DNA of 64,000 nucleotides from an uncultured Alphaproteobacteria bacterium. Lineage in GTDB: Bacteria; Pseudomonadota; Alphaproteobacteria; Rs-D84. The number at the start of each line of letters is the position of its first letter. Within the stretch, counting starts at the first letter, position 1. The notes below the pieces were generated by a model. It saw only the letters and a list, made by a program, of their open reading frames with translations. It searched no databases and had not been told where the DNA came from. The stretch covers positions 1-64,000 of the forward strand of contig CAMRSV010000004.1 in NCBI GenBank assembly GCA_947053455.1. Reading direction: 5' to 3'. Made by a program: the position numbers and the translations under genes. Of the stretch, positions 9,830 to 20,101 are shown one piece after another.

Positions 9830-10795
9830 ATGGCTATCAAGGTTCGTGATTTTGAGGTAAGACTTACCCGGAACAAAGAAGAACGTAGACAGGTTCGCGC
9901 ACTGCGCTATGAGGTTTTTGTTGAAGAAGAAGGCGCTGGTGCCACCGAAGAGCAGAAAAGTCTGCGCGAGGAATACGATGCGTATGACCGCTTTGCCGAA
10001 TATATGGCGGTGTTTCATAACGGAAAAATCGTCGGAACATATCGGATAATTGACAGGGCGGCGGCCGAAAAAATGGGCGGCTTTTACACCGAAACCGAAT
10101 ACAATATTTCCAAAATTAAAAAGTACAAGGGTAATATTGCTGAAATGTCGCGTGCATGCGTTGCGGCCGAATATCGTGAAAATGCGCTGGTTATGCGAAT
10201 GCTGTGGGCGGGGCTGGGTGAATATGTGGTGCGCCGTAAAATTGGCGTACTGTTTGGTGTTGCGTCGTGGGTCGGTTCCAAGCCTGCCGCATCTGCCCAG
10301 GCGATTTCGTATCTGTACTATAACCATTTGACGCCATTGAATTTGCGTGCGACGGTTTTGTCCGAAAACTTTGCGGATGGCATAAATCCGAAATTATCGC
10401 GCATGAACATTTTGCCAGAGGTTTTTGTCGACCAAGACGCCGCCATCCGTGAAATGACACCGCTGATTAAAGGGTATTTGCGTCTGGGCGCCACATTTGG
10501 CAAGGGTGTGTTTATCGATGCACCGTTTAATTCGTACGATGTGTTTGTAATGCTGCGCACCAAGGATATTGACCAGGCGTATCAGAAGCATTTCCTGGGG
10601 CGTGAAAACGCACTGGATGATTTAGAGGATGGAAACGCCGACGGCGCGATAAAGACAATCGGCAAGATTGCAATGTTCCCGGTGACGGGGCCATTAAGAG
10701 TAATGCGCGCGTTTGTTGAGTTCCTGTTGCGTGAAGACGCGGTTGAGGCCGAATTGATAGAAGAAGAATCAGCCGTCACAGATAGCGAAGAGTAG
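9830..10795 (+). CDS. olsB: Ornithine N-acyltransferase OlsB-like GNAT
   Basis: LRYEVFVEE, VGTYR, EMSRACV, PLIKGYLRLGA; adjacent to an acyltransferase. Confidence 0.8.
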   Translation: MAIKVRDFEVRLTRNKEERRQVRALRYEVFVEEEGAGATEEQKSLREEYDAYDRFAEYMAVFHNGKIVGTYRIIDRAAAEKMGGFYTETEYNISKIKKYKGNIAEMSRACVAAEYRENALVMRMLWAGLGEYVVRRKIGVLFGVASWVGSKPAASAQAISYLYYNHLTPLNLRATVLSENFADGINPKLSRMNILPEVFVDQDAAIREMTPLIKGYLRLGATFGKGVFIDAPFNSYDVFVMLRTKDIDQAYQKHFLGRENALDDLEDGNADGAIKTIGKIAMFPVTGPLRVMRAFVEFLLREDAVEAELIEEESAVTDSEE

Positions 10796-10799
10796 TTCC

Positions 10800-11624
10800 A
10801 TGTCACGTGTTCGCCGGCAAAATATTTTTAATACCACGTGGGCCGCGGTGCGGTTTGCGATGTTTTGGCTTGTTGTAATTTTGCAGTTGCCGATAATTGT
10901 GCTGCTGCCGCGGCGCGCGGGCGTGCGATATATGCGCGTGTTTATGTGGTTTTTGGTGTTCTTATCGGGGATAAAGATAAAGGTACACGGCGCCCTGCCG
11001 GCGCACCGGCCATTGTTGGTTGTGTCAAACCACATATCGCTGTTTGAAATTGCAACATATCCGATTGCGTTCGGGGGCAGTTTTGTCGCAAAAAAAGAAA
11101 TTGAATCATGGCCGATTGTTGGCTGGGTTGCGAAAAAGTTCGGGGTGATATTCGTTGACCGTCGCCCGGCCCACGCGGCCGAGGCATTAAAAACCGTTTC
11201 CGAAACGGTAACGCGGGTAAAGTACCCAATGTATATATTCCCCGAGGGTACAACCACCAACGGCGCATATGTAAAGAAATTCAAAAGTTCACTGTTTAAC
11301 TTTGTGGAAAATTCAGATGTCATGGTTCAACCGATGGCGATGCATTATCGTTTCCGTAACGGGACAAAGATAAGCGATGCGGATTTGGCCGAACATTACG
11401 GATACTTTAACAATCGTGATATGGAAACCGGCCCCATGTGTTCGCGCGAACGCAGTGCGTTTATGCAGGTGTTTCACATAATGGTTATCGGCGGATTTAT
11501 GGTTGAAATAACCGTTCTGCCCACGCCCGATTTGCATGGTATGGATAGAAAGCAGATTGCATCGGCGCTGCACGATATTGTGTCGGACAAATACATGCAA
11601 TTAAAAGATAAAAAAATTGCCTAA
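10800..11624 (+). CDS. olsA: Lyso-ornithine lipid/lysophospholipid acyltransferase (OlsA/PlsC family)
   Basis: NHIS, FVAKKEI, IFVDR, FPEGTT; directly after olsB. Confidence 0.7.
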   Translation: MSRVRRQNIFNTTWAAVRFAMFWLVVILQLPIIVLLPRRAGVRYMRVFMWFLVFLSGIKIKVHGALPAHRPLLVVSNHISLFEIATYPIAFGGSFVAKKEIESWPIVGWVAKKFGVIFVDRRPAHAAEALKTVSETVTRVKYPMYIFPEGTTTNGAYVKKFKSSLFNFVENSDVMVQPMAMHYRFRNGTKISDADLAEHYGYFNNRDMETGPMCSRERSAFMQVFHIMVIGGFMVEITVLPTPDLHGMDRKQIASALHDIVSDKYMQLKDKKIA

Positions 11625-11625
11625 T

Positions 11626-11657
11626 AAAAAACGCCCCGGTTATCCGGGGCGTTTTTT
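11626..11657. terminator. Bidirectional intrinsic terminator
   Basis: AAAAAACGCCCCGG-TTAT-CCGGGGCGTTTTTT. Confidence 0.8.
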
Positions 11658-13395
11658 ATTGATTTTTGTTCGGGATTAATACCGTGTCGTTATAGTAGGT
11701 CAAGAATCGTGACCCTGTTATGCAGTATATTTTTTGCAGTGAATCCTTGTACTCGCGTACGGCGGCAACCCAGCGTTCCTCTATATCGCTTTGTGCGCCT
11801 TGGTACGCGGTAAATGCACCAATTGCACCGCCCGCGCCCGCACCGATAAGTGTGCCTTTTAATCGTGCCTTGTTTCCAAAATCAATTATGCCACCGTCCG
11901 TTGCGCTTTTATACATCGGATAGAAATCTTTGATGGAATAAGTCCCGTCCAGCGCAAATCCGTTCCCGTTATTGTTGCGACCATAAAGTCGGCTTTGCGC
12001 GCTGTTGGCATTTTTCTTTTTCCAGTCCGTCCAATCGGATTTTTTCATGCCGAATGCTTTGTCGGAAAAGTCTGCAATCAATGCCTGGGTCTGTTTGTCG
12101 GGAATGCCGGCGTCGGAAATTTTTGCATAAATGCCGGTGCCGTCATACGGACTGCCTTGGATAATCTTGGTGCCAGTGGGGCTTTTTTCAATGTGGAATT
12201 GGTTCGCGCTGCCCTCAGGACCTACGATTTTATTGAAAGCTTCGCCGTGTGCGGCCTCTAAATCTTTGTCCGGGTATGCGTCCAGGGTTATTGATATTAA
12301 ATCAGTCGGTGTGCAGCCCGTATATGCACCGTCCGCGTTTGGTGTTCCGTCACAGACAAGTGTTTCCTCTGTTTCAATGTTGTAAAACGCGGCCTTGTAT
12401 TTATTCTGTGTGTCCGATGGGTTGGATAGGTTCAACGGCTTTTTTGAAACCAGCATACCCCACAAACATGTTGTCTTGCGCTTGTCGGGTAATTCACAAT
12501 CTTCGATGCGCAGAACATCTTTGCCAGTCGCCATTATATTTCCAACCGTACCGCCCGCCGCGGCATTGACGCCGGTTGATAAAATCATATCACCGGCAAC
12601 CTTGCCCGAATATGCGCTGCCTGCGCCAATGGCCGCCCCACCCAGCGCACCGATTAGCGTGCCCTTCATTTTCTTTTTTCCGGTGCCCATCAGGCTGTCT
12701 TCGCCAATCTCGTTACCAGCGGCGATGTTGCCGCCCAATGCACCGACAATTGTTGTTGCCGCGATTTTGTAACCGGCGCCTTTCTTTTGTTCCGCATTTA
12801 AAACGCGAATTACGTCGTCGGTTGTAGGTTCGGTGTCGGCGGGAAAAATAACATTTGCAACATCATTTGTATACCCCGATTCCGGAAAATCAGAAATGTT
12901 GCATTTTACCGCGTCGCCCGCCGCAACATTTGCGCGCGCCAAAACCAAATCCGTACCGCCCGGGCCCATTTGATACCCGCGCATTTCAACAACCGCAACG
13001 CATGTTTGTGCGCCGCCCGTGCCGCGACCCGCCGTTGGCGTGTCCCAGGCGAATTCGCCGTTTGGATAAATGTTTGCGCATGATTCTAGCCGCGGTATCG
13101 TCACATTGCCAGATTGTTCGCCCCGCGCCAGTTTTTCAGCCAAGTTTGCGTTGGCCACGCGAACCGGTAGTTGCAATGTGGCCTTGGTCGCAGACGTGGT
13201 TGTGACGCCCGCATACGGGTCGGCGGCCGGTATCGCGCTATTTTGTGCCTTGTTTAACTGATTGTATGCGTCGGCATAATTTCGGGGTACTTGGTTAACT
13301 ACACGTACTGCGGCCATGCCGTTATGCGGCAAAATCGCCGCCCCCAGCAGCCCAAAAAACAGGGAATAACATGCAAATGATGTTTGGTGTTTCAT
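11656..13395 (-). CDS. Secreted hypothetical protein with glycine-zipper segments
   Basis: Signal peptide, repeated GTLIGAxxGxAIGA, paired Cys. Confidence 0.7.
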   Translation of the reverse strand: MKHQTSFACYSLFFGLLGAAILPHNGMAAVRVVNQVPRNYADAYNQLNKAQNSAIPAADPYAGVTTTSATKATLQLPVRVANANLAEKLARGEQSGNVTIPRLESCANIYPNGEFAWDTPTAGRGTGGAQTCVAVVEMRGYQMGPGGTDLVLARANVAAGDAVKCNISDFPESGYTNDVANVIFPADTEPTTDDVIRVLNAEQKKGAGYKIAATTIVGALGGNIAAGNEIGEDSLMGTGKKKMKGTLIGALGGAAIGAGSAYSGKVAGDMILSTGVNAAAGGTVGNIMATGKDVLRIEDCELPDKRKTTCLWGMLVSKKPLNLSNPSDTQNKYKAAFYNIETEETLVCDGTPNADGAYTGCTPTDLISITLDAYPDKDLEAAHGEAFNKIVGPEGSANQFHIEKSPTGTKIIQGSPYDGTGIYAKISDAGIPDKQTQALIADFSDKAFGMKKSDWTDWKKKNANSAQSRLYGRNNNGNGFALDGTYSIKDFYPMYKSATDGGIIDFGNKARLKGTLIGAGAGGAIGAFTAYQGAQSDIEERWVAAVREYKDSLQKIYCITGSRFLTYYNDTVLIPNKNQ

Positions 13396-13434
13396 TCTCT
13401 CTCCGTGCCCCCAATGCGTTATGCGGCGGTATGT

Positions 13435-14535
13435 TTAGAACTGCAGTCTTAATCTGACGCCAACGTCCACCATGCTTAAGCGGCCGCTTTCATACCAGTT
13501 TGTGTAGTGAAAAACGGTGTCGTATGGTGCCTCATACTCGCCCCCGTTGCCGTCAGCCAGCCATTCTGTCTGTGATACGACAATGCTGCCCGACGTTTTG
13601 ACGCGCCCCAGGTTTGTATATCTGGCAAAGAAATCCAGTTTAATCCCGCCATCCATTTCGGTGGTAAGTCCCCCTTCTAGCATAAAGGCCAATTGTTCGG
13701 TGGTTCCGCCGTTGTGATATGCGTATACGTCTGACACGCCGGTTAATTGACCTGCGTCGGCGATAACATTTCCGTTGGAATCCGTCGGGGCGATTTCATA
13801 AAACGTATTATCGTATGCGACATAATCGGAAATCGTGTTTAGTGAAAGCCCGACACCCGCACCGATATATGGCCGCAGTGAACCACCCGCCAAATAACCG
13901 GTGTATGAATCAATGTTATAGTACAGGTTTAACATGGTTGCATTCGCGGTGATGGCACCCCCGTCAACCTGCGCCTGGACATAACCGCCGCTGCCGTTTG
14001 ATGATTCAATGGTGTTTGGGTATGATATATTTGAATAGCGCAGGTATGAAAAGTCCACGCGAATGTCATTGTTGATTGATGCGCCGACGGAAAGTTGTAA
14101 TGGAATTACGGTGTCGGTCTTGAAATCTGCATCTTTGAATGCGCCCGGTGCAAATGCGGCGTCCGTTTCGTTTATATAATCGGCGTGCATTGAACCCATA
14201 ACGCTGGCCGAATATCCGACAGACAGTCCAACATACAACCCACTATCGGCCAGGCGGTCATAGTCTGCCGGTTGATAATACTGGCGACCGGCGGCGGTTG
14301 CGGTTGAACCCACCCGCGGCAGTGACCCTGTTATGCGTGTTGGTGCGGCGGCGGCCGGTGTCGTTGCCGATTGCGTCGGCATACTTGTTTTGACAACGCG
14401 GCTGTTGCTGGACGGCAGGTAAACCTGCTGGCCATTAACTGAAACCGCCTGGGCAGCGGGATATGCAGCGTTCGCAGTGTGCGACACACCAATAACAATT
14501 CCCGCCAATATGGCGCAAATATTGAATCTTTTCAT
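13435..14535 (-). CDS. Outer-membrane beta-barrel protein (opacity-like)
   Basis: Signal peptide, RVDFSY, PYIGAGVG, C-terminal LRLQF. Confidence 0.75.
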   Translation of the reverse strand: MKRFNICAILAGIVIGVSHTANAAYPAAQAVSVNGQQVYLPSSNSRVVKTSMPTQSATTPAAAAPTRITGSLPRVGSTATAAGRQYYQPADYDRLADSGLYVGLSVGYSASVMGSMHADYINETDAAFAPGAFKDADFKTDTVIPLQLSVGASINNDIRVDFSYLRYSNISYPNTIESSNGSGGYVQAQVDGGAITANATMLNLYYNIDSYTGYLAGGSLRPYIGAGVGLSLNTISDYVAYDNTFYEIAPTDSNGNVIADAGQLTGVSDVYAYHNGGTTEQLAFMLEGGLTTEMDGGIKLDFFARYTNLGRVKTSGSIVVSQTEWLADGNGGEYEAPYDTVFHYTNWYESGRLSMVDVGVRLRLQF

Positions 14536-14668
14536 ACCTTTCCCATTATTCTATTACTTTTATTATATCATGATATGGGGTGGGGCGCAAAGCATTTTTG
14601 TATACAAAAAACCCGCCATGTGGCGGGTTAAGTGTCCAATATATGTTTGTTGTTTTGCGTGATTTTTT

Positions 14669-15817
14669 TTAGAATCTAAAGTTCACGCGAACACCCATTT
14701 CGGCCTTAACATCAGTACCGTTTTGGGATTTTTTCTCGGCTGTGTCGAATGTATATTCGCCGTACAGCGCAACCTGTGCATGTTCTGTGAACTGATATGC
14801 CGCCGACAGACCGATGATGTATTCATCAAACCCGTCTTCCATATCAGCCAGTTTGGCTTCCAGGGCAGATTTAACGGGTGCCAATTGTGGCGCTACGTTT
14901 GTTGTGATTTTCTTTACACCCTGGGATGCATGCTGATTATAGCGGAACCATGCACCAGTTGACCAACGGTCAGACCACTGATAGAACGCATTTACACCCG
15001 CATTAATTTCGGTTGTGGACTTAAATTCCGCCGTAATTTCAGCCGGTGCCCCAGCAGAAGCCATCATCAACGCTGTGGAAGCAGATGAACCATTGATAAA
15101 TGTAATAGGGGTGCTGTCACCTACTAGGCGAATGCGGCTATTATCGTCACCAAATGTACGCAATACTTCAACAAATGCGCTGGTGGTTAATCTTTCGTTC
15201 CAAACGCGACCAAATCTGGTACCGACATGGAAGCCCCACATACCGTTTGAGTAGTTATCATAATCAATTACCCCAGATGCATTCGCTAATGAAGCGCCAG
15301 CCAGCGCTGTCGCTGCGTTTGTACCAGCCGCAGCTGCTATTTGCTGCTGTTGTGCTGTGGACAATTGTGCACCTTTTAAATTGTACTGGCCGCGCATTTC
15401 GCCAACGCCGCCCAAGTGCAAGTCACCATACAAATCCCATACAAATCCGTTATATTGGTTCAACAGACGATAGGTTGTACCAATGCGACCCGCTGATAAG
15501 CCCGTACGGCTGATATCGTCGTCGTGTGTGTACTGAACAGAACCGTGCACGGCCCAACGATCGGTAATGCCATATCCCATTTCTTCCTGAATACGGATAA
15601 TCGGGAATTCGACCTTGCCGTCATGATTTTTCGCCTTGTGCGCGTCGGACGAATCCGCGACCTTTAACATAACGCCGTTTGATAATTTCGAATAAAACAT
15701 TTTGGTTGTCGGCATGTACAACGGGTTTTCCATATTGGAAAGCGTTGTCTGCGCCGCCATCGCAGGCGACGCCAGCACGGATGCCGCCACCGCCAATTTC
15801 AAAGATTTTTTCATCAT
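14669..15817 (-). CDS. Outer-membrane beta-barrel protein
   Basis: AAGGAG RBS, MMKKSLK signal peptide, GYGITDR, C-terminal VNFRF. Confidence 0.75.
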   Translation of the reverse strand: MMKKSLKLAVAASVLASPAMAAQTTLSNMENPLYMPTTKMFYSKLSNGVMLKVADSSDAHKAKNHDGKVEFPIIRIQEEMGYGITDRWAVHGSVQYTHDDDISRTGLSAGRIGTTYRLLNQYNGFVWDLYGDLHLGGVGEMRGQYNLKGAQLSTAQQQQIAAAAGTNAATALAGASLANASGVIDYDNYSNGMWGFHVGTRFGRVWNERLTTSAFVEVLRTFGDDNSRIRLVGDSTPITFINGSSASTALMMASAGAPAEITAEFKSTTEINAGVNAFYQWSDRWSTGAWFRYNQHASQGVKKITTNVAPQLAPVKSALEAKLADMEDGFDEYIIGLSAAYQFTEHAQVALYGEYTFDTAEKKSQNGTDVKAEMGVRVNFRF

Positions 15818-15850
15818 ATAACTCCTTGTTTTCGATGAAATTCCACGGCC

Positions 15851-15901
15851 CCCATTATTGGCAAGACCGGGGCTCGTACCCACACCGCCCATTATTGGCA
15901 A
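15851..15901 (-). repeat. Two identical 14-bp direct repeats in the OMP 5' region
   Basis: CCCATTATTGGCAA at 15851-15864 and 15888-15901. Confidence 0.85.
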
Positions 15902-16027
15902 CAGTATGTTTTGGTGATACGAACCAGCATATAATGGCACCGTATGGGAATAAAGTCAAAAAAACTTTTATCTTGACATATTGGGCTTGAAAGGGTAAGC
16001 ACCCAGACCTGTCCCCATGATGGGGGC

Positions 16028-17266
16028 TTATTTATGTTTATACGCCAATGTGTATTCGGGTAATTTATCCGCATTCTGCCCCAGCCATTGGGCGGGAATA
16101 ATCAGGCTGCTGTGCTGACCGGCGGACATTTTGGGCATATTCATACCGTTGGCGGCGTTTATTATTTGCGGCAATTTTACAGTTATCTTGTCTGTGGTGG
16201 GTGATAAAAATGTTATTTCATCGCCCGCACGTATCTCATTACGCAGTTCTAGGATTATATCGCCTTTTTGCATTCCGGTAACTACGCCCGCCGCGTGGTA
16301 ATCTGATGTGCTGCGCGTGGTGTTATAATCGTGTGCGTCATGTGTGACCGGGCCGTCAAAAAACGCAGTTGTATATCCGCGTGTTTCTAATATATTCAAG
16401 TCATTCATAAAAGGCGTCGGGTCAAAGTTTTCAGGATTTTTCGCAATCGCATCTAGTGCGGCGCGGTATGCGCGGACAACACTGCCAACGTAATATTCAC
16501 TGCGGTTGCGACCCTCAATTTTTAGCGAGTCTGGACCTGCCGCCACAACGTCAAGCAGGCGTGGCATTAGGCATAAATCTTTTGCATTCATTATATATGC
16601 GCCGCGGGTATCTTCTTCGATTGGCATTTCAAGCCCCGATTCCCGTTCGCGTAAAATAACGTCGTATTTCCAACGGCACAGTTGCGCGCACGCACCGCGG
16701 TTGGCCGGTCGACCCGTTATAAAGTTAGACAGCAGGCATCGGCCAGAATAACTCATGCACATTGCGCCGTGAACGAATATTTCAAGCCCTATGTCAGGGC
16801 ATGCGGCGCGTATTGACTTAAATTCATTATGGGACACTTCGCGTGCAAGTACGCACAGTGATGCCCCGGCCGCCGCCCAGAATTTTACGGAGTTAGCCGA
16901 GCAAATGTTGGCCTGGGTTGATATATGGATTTTCATATCTGGGTGGTTTTCACGTACCCACATAACAACACCGGGGTCGGACACAATCAGTGCATCCGGC
17001 CGCAGATAATTTATCACGTCACGTACGCGATCCATGTTTGCATAGTCACCATCATGCGCAAACAAATTGAACGCCAGGTACACTTTTTTACCCGCCGCAT
17101 GTGCCAAGTCAATTCCAGCCTTTACCTCATCGGTGGTGATTTTTGCGCGTGCACGCATTGAAAAACCGGGCAGTCCTGCGTATATTGCGTCTGCGCCGTA
17201 TAAAATCGCGGTTTTGAATGCATCCAATGTTCCGGCCGGCGCCAACAGTTCGGGTAATTTAATCAT
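16028..17266 (-). CDS. U32 family protein, TrhP-like tRNA hydroxylase
   Basis: PELLAPAG, HISTQAN, EIFVHGAMCMSYSGRC, CAQLCRW, SLKIEGR. Confidence 0.88.
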   Translation of the reverse strand: MIKLPELLAPAGTLDAFKTAILYGADAIYAGLPGFSMRARAKITTDEVKAGIDLAHAAGKKVYLAFNLFAHDGDYANMDRVRDVINYLRPDALIVSDPGVVMWVRENHPDMKIHISTQANICSANSVKFWAAAGASLCVLAREVSHNEFKSIRAACPDIGLEIFVHGAMCMSYSGRCLLSNFITGRPANRGACAQLCRWKYDVILRERESGLEMPIEEDTRGAYIMNAKDLCLMPRLLDVVAAGPDSLKIEGRNRSEYYVGSVVRAYRAALDAIAKNPENFDPTPFMNDLNILETRGYTTAFFDGPVTHDAHDYNTTRSTSDYHAAGVVTGMQKGDIILELRNEIRAGDEITFLSPTTDKITVKLPQIINAANGMNMPKMSAGQHSSLIIPAQWLGQNADKLPEYTLAYKHK

Positions 17267-17373
17267 TTACAATCCTTTGCCGTATATTTTTAATCAATAT
17301 TTTATAAAAGCAAATAAATTATGAATTTTTGAGCTTGAAATTATGATTTTAACAATGTATAGTAAAGTCCGTT

Positions 17374-17449
17374 GCCAGTTTAGCTCAGTTGGTAGAGCAT
17401 CTGATTTGTAATCAGAGGGTCGTTGGTTCAAGTCCGACAACTGGCACCA
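17374..17449 (+). tRNA. tRNA-Thr(TGT)
   Basis: 76-nt cloverleaf GCCAGTT...AACTGGC-A-CCA, anticodon loop TTTGTAA, GGTTCAAGTCC. Confidence 0.97.
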
Positions 17450-17473
17450 GAATTAACGCGGGCTCGCGGATTT

Positions 17474-18559
17474 TTATTTGGGCCAAATCCACTGTGGACC
17501 CATTATATCGCCAAAGGTGGCAGCGCGTGATTGCTTTTTATTGACTTCATCAAGGTCGGGGCGCCCCAGTCGGCGTGCCGCCAAATGAAACGAAAATAAT
17601 GTCGGAAATTGTTCGGCGGCTATTTGTTGGTGGGGCCACGCGACCTGGCCCGACAAATACGGGGCCAGGAAATCAAACGCGCGTTCAATCCCAAAGCCGG
17701 CCACTCCGCGCCAATTCCATAGGTCAATTCCAATGCCATTCGCCAATTCTGCAATCAATGCCATTGCATTTAAATGAAATAGGCAGTAATGTAGCGAACG
17801 TGTCCGCTGCAATTCACCGAAAAAGCATCCCTTGTTGTCCAGCCGTTCGTTTATAAGCCGCTTATACATGTCGACGGCGGCATGAATTTGTGCGTCACGG
17901 TTTCCGGCAAATATGGAAAACGCCATTATCTGGGTCGCCCACCATGCAGAAATGTTATTTCCGATATCGCGCGCGGCGATACCGTTGGAACTGTACATCA
18001 GCCAGTCTGAATATTGCCCAAACCATTTGCGCATGCTGTCGAAAAAATCGTTATTCATATTCGTCGCATTCAGAAAATCCATTGCCAAAACAAAATTTAG
18101 CCACATGTGCGAATCAATAATTCCGGCGGGCCTTCCTGTGTTTACGCCGGGCACCATTTGCGCATTTTCAAGGTGTGGCCGCATTCCGTTTTGATAATCA
18201 AGAAACCATTTGGTCATGCGTCCTGTCGCGTCCATGGCATATTTTTTATCAATAAAAAATCCGGCCACCGCCAGTTGCAACACATCGCGCGCCAGTTCGC
18301 GCATGGTCGCCTTGGGGCCGTAATCGGATGCCAGGTTCGCAATTCCGTCACGTGATACCCACGGCAGGCCGTCTGCTGTTTCTGGGTTTGGATGATAGTA
18401 GCGGCCGATACTGTAATAATTTCGCGCATCGATGTCCGGGCGTGCAAAATTTGTGACGGAAATCGTGGCGTGTTTAAGTATTCGGTTGGCCGTGACGCGT
18501 AGCGTATTCAGATTTTCCGGTCGTGGAGGCGATAATTTTTTTGGGTTAACCAATACCAT
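17474..18559 (-). CDS. Alginate lyase family protein
   Basis: YYS...Y..PNP.T.DGLPWV.RDG, M.PHLENAQ, GIID, NNISAW, ELQRTRSLHY. Confidence 0.8.
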   Translation of the reverse strand: MVLVNPKKLSPPRPENLNTLRVTANRILKHATISVTNFARPDIDARNYYSIGRYYHPNPETADGLPWVSRDGIANLASDYGPKATMRELARDVLQLAVAGFFIDKKYAMDATGRMTKWFLDYQNGMRPHLENAQMVPGVNTGRPAGIIDSHMWLNFVLAMDFLNATNMNNDFFDSMRKWFGQYSDWLMYSSNGIAARDIGNNISAWWATQIMAFSIFAGNRDAQIHAAVDMYKRLINERLDNKGCFFGELQRTRSLHYCLFHLNAMALIAELANGIGIDLWNWRGVAGFGIERAFDFLAPYLSGQVAWPHQQIAAEQFPTLFSFHLAARRLGRPDLDEVNKKQSRAATFGDIMGPQWIWPK

Positions 18560-18640
18560 TTCAATGTGGATTATATCATACTTTGCGCATCGGTGGGTAA
18601 AAAAAACACCCCGGTGGTGACCGGGGTGGAGGGCTCGTGA

Positions 18641-19204
18641 TTATTTTCTACGTCTTGTTGCGCTTTGGCTGCGGGTGGTGCGATCGGATGTCGCCTGGCG
18701 ACGCGCGGCCGTGGAATTGCGCATATGGGCGTTATCATCGCTGTAATCATCATCATCGTCGTCTTCATTTATAATGTCCGCGATGTTGACGTCTGATTGC
18801 GCGAATATTTTTTTCAAAGTGTTTTTGGTTTCCGGATGTTTGTTGGCATATTTTTTTACACCAATCAATGCCGCCGCCGTTAGGAATTTTTCAATGTCGC
18901 CGCGTGATACATTTGCAGAAACCTTGTTCTTGACGGTATCCCATGCATCATGTGCGGCATCTTTGGCGCGGTAAATCAAGGAATGACGATGGCGGTTTGC
19001 AATGAATATTTCATGTATCCACATGCAAATCAAAAATACCAACAGCGGTATCACAACCATCCCAATAAAGTATTTGTAACCCTCGGACATACAAAACGAG
19101 CCGCCGAACAGTGCGTCGCATGTGCGCGGACAGTGCAGCAAAATTCCCGCAATGATTTCATAAAGTGAAAAAATAGTGAAATATATTTTAGTTTTTAGAA
19201 ACAT
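18641..19204 (-). CDS. Hypothetical membrane protein
   Basis: AAGGAG RBS; two TM segments; acidic then basic tail. Confidence 0.65.
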   Translation of the reverse strand: MFLKTKIYFTIFSLYEIIAGILLHCPRTCDALFGGSFCMSEGYKYFIGMVVIPLLVFLICMWIHEIFIANRHRHSLIYRAKDAAHDAWDTVKNKVSANVSRGDIEKFLTAAALIGVKKYANKHPETKNTLKKIFAQSDVNIADIINEDDDDDDYSDDNAHMRNSTAARRQATSDRTTRSQSATRRRK

Positions 19205-19313
19205 TTTTCTCTCCTTGTATATTGTGATTATCATATATGTTTGTGCATAAGTCACTAGGAACGAATCCGCAAAAAAAAATCCGCCAAGCGGCGGATTCAT
19301 TTTACTTTTTAAC

Positions 19314-20084
19314 TTATTCATCAAAATCTTTTTCTGCGTCGCGAATTTCTTCGGCGCGTGCCGCCGTTTCGATTTGCAGCAGCTGGTTTTCCAATGCGGT
19401 TCGTTCCGAAGACTTATATCCCGTTTCTGTCTGATTTTCGCCGACCGGTTCGGTTGCCGCGTTTGTTTTTCCAGACACTGGGGCAGGGCTTAAATTCTTT
19501 TTATCAAGAACCGCCGGATTAATTAGATTTTTATAAATCTCCATTGCTTCATGTGTGCCGGTCATGTCGCGTGCCAATAATTTGTTTTCGCCGCCAGGTA
19601 TAAACCATTCATCCAGTTTTACCGCCGTCAATTGCATAATCGGGCGCGTGCGTGCGTTCGCAATCCATTGCGGCAGAAATGGTGAATCTGAATAGTACCA
19701 AAGTGCAACCCAATACACAACGCCCATGACAACGACGCCGCGTGTTATACCAAATATTACGCCCAACGTGTGGTCGGTGACGTTCATTATGCTGCGTTGT
19801 ATACGGTCGCGTAATTTCTGGTTAAAGAATCCGACCAGCATCAATATCGCGAAAAATACAATAAAGTACGATGCGATTAGTGTGCCAACCGTAGATTCAG
19901 ACAATCCGAACCATGATTGCAGCAATTTGTCCAAAACAGGTGATGCAAATCGTGCCGCAACCGCAGCCACAACCCATGACATGGTTGCAACCGTTTCAAA
20001 AATTCCACCGCGCAATGTTGCCCAAATTGTTGACGCCAACACAACAGCTACATAAACATAATCAAGTCCAGTTAAATCAAACAT
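19314..20084 (-). CDS. CvpA family membrane protein
   Basis: N-terminal D..., LRGG..E, DHTLGVIFGITRG. Confidence 0.8.
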   Translation of the reverse strand: MFDLTGLDYVYVAVVLASTIWATLRGGIFETVATMSWVVAAVAARFASPVLDKLLQSWFGLSESTVGTLIASYFIVFFAILMLVGFFNQKLRDRIQRSIMNVTDHTLGVIFGITRGVVVMGVVYWVALWYYSDSPFLPQWIANARTRPIMQLTAVKLDEWFIPGGENKLLARDMTGTHEAMEIYKNLINPAVLDKKNLSPAPVSGKTNAATEPVGENQTETGYKSSERTALENQLLQIETAARAEEIRDAEKDFDE

Positions 20085-20101
20085 TGCTTTTTCCTGATTA
20101 A

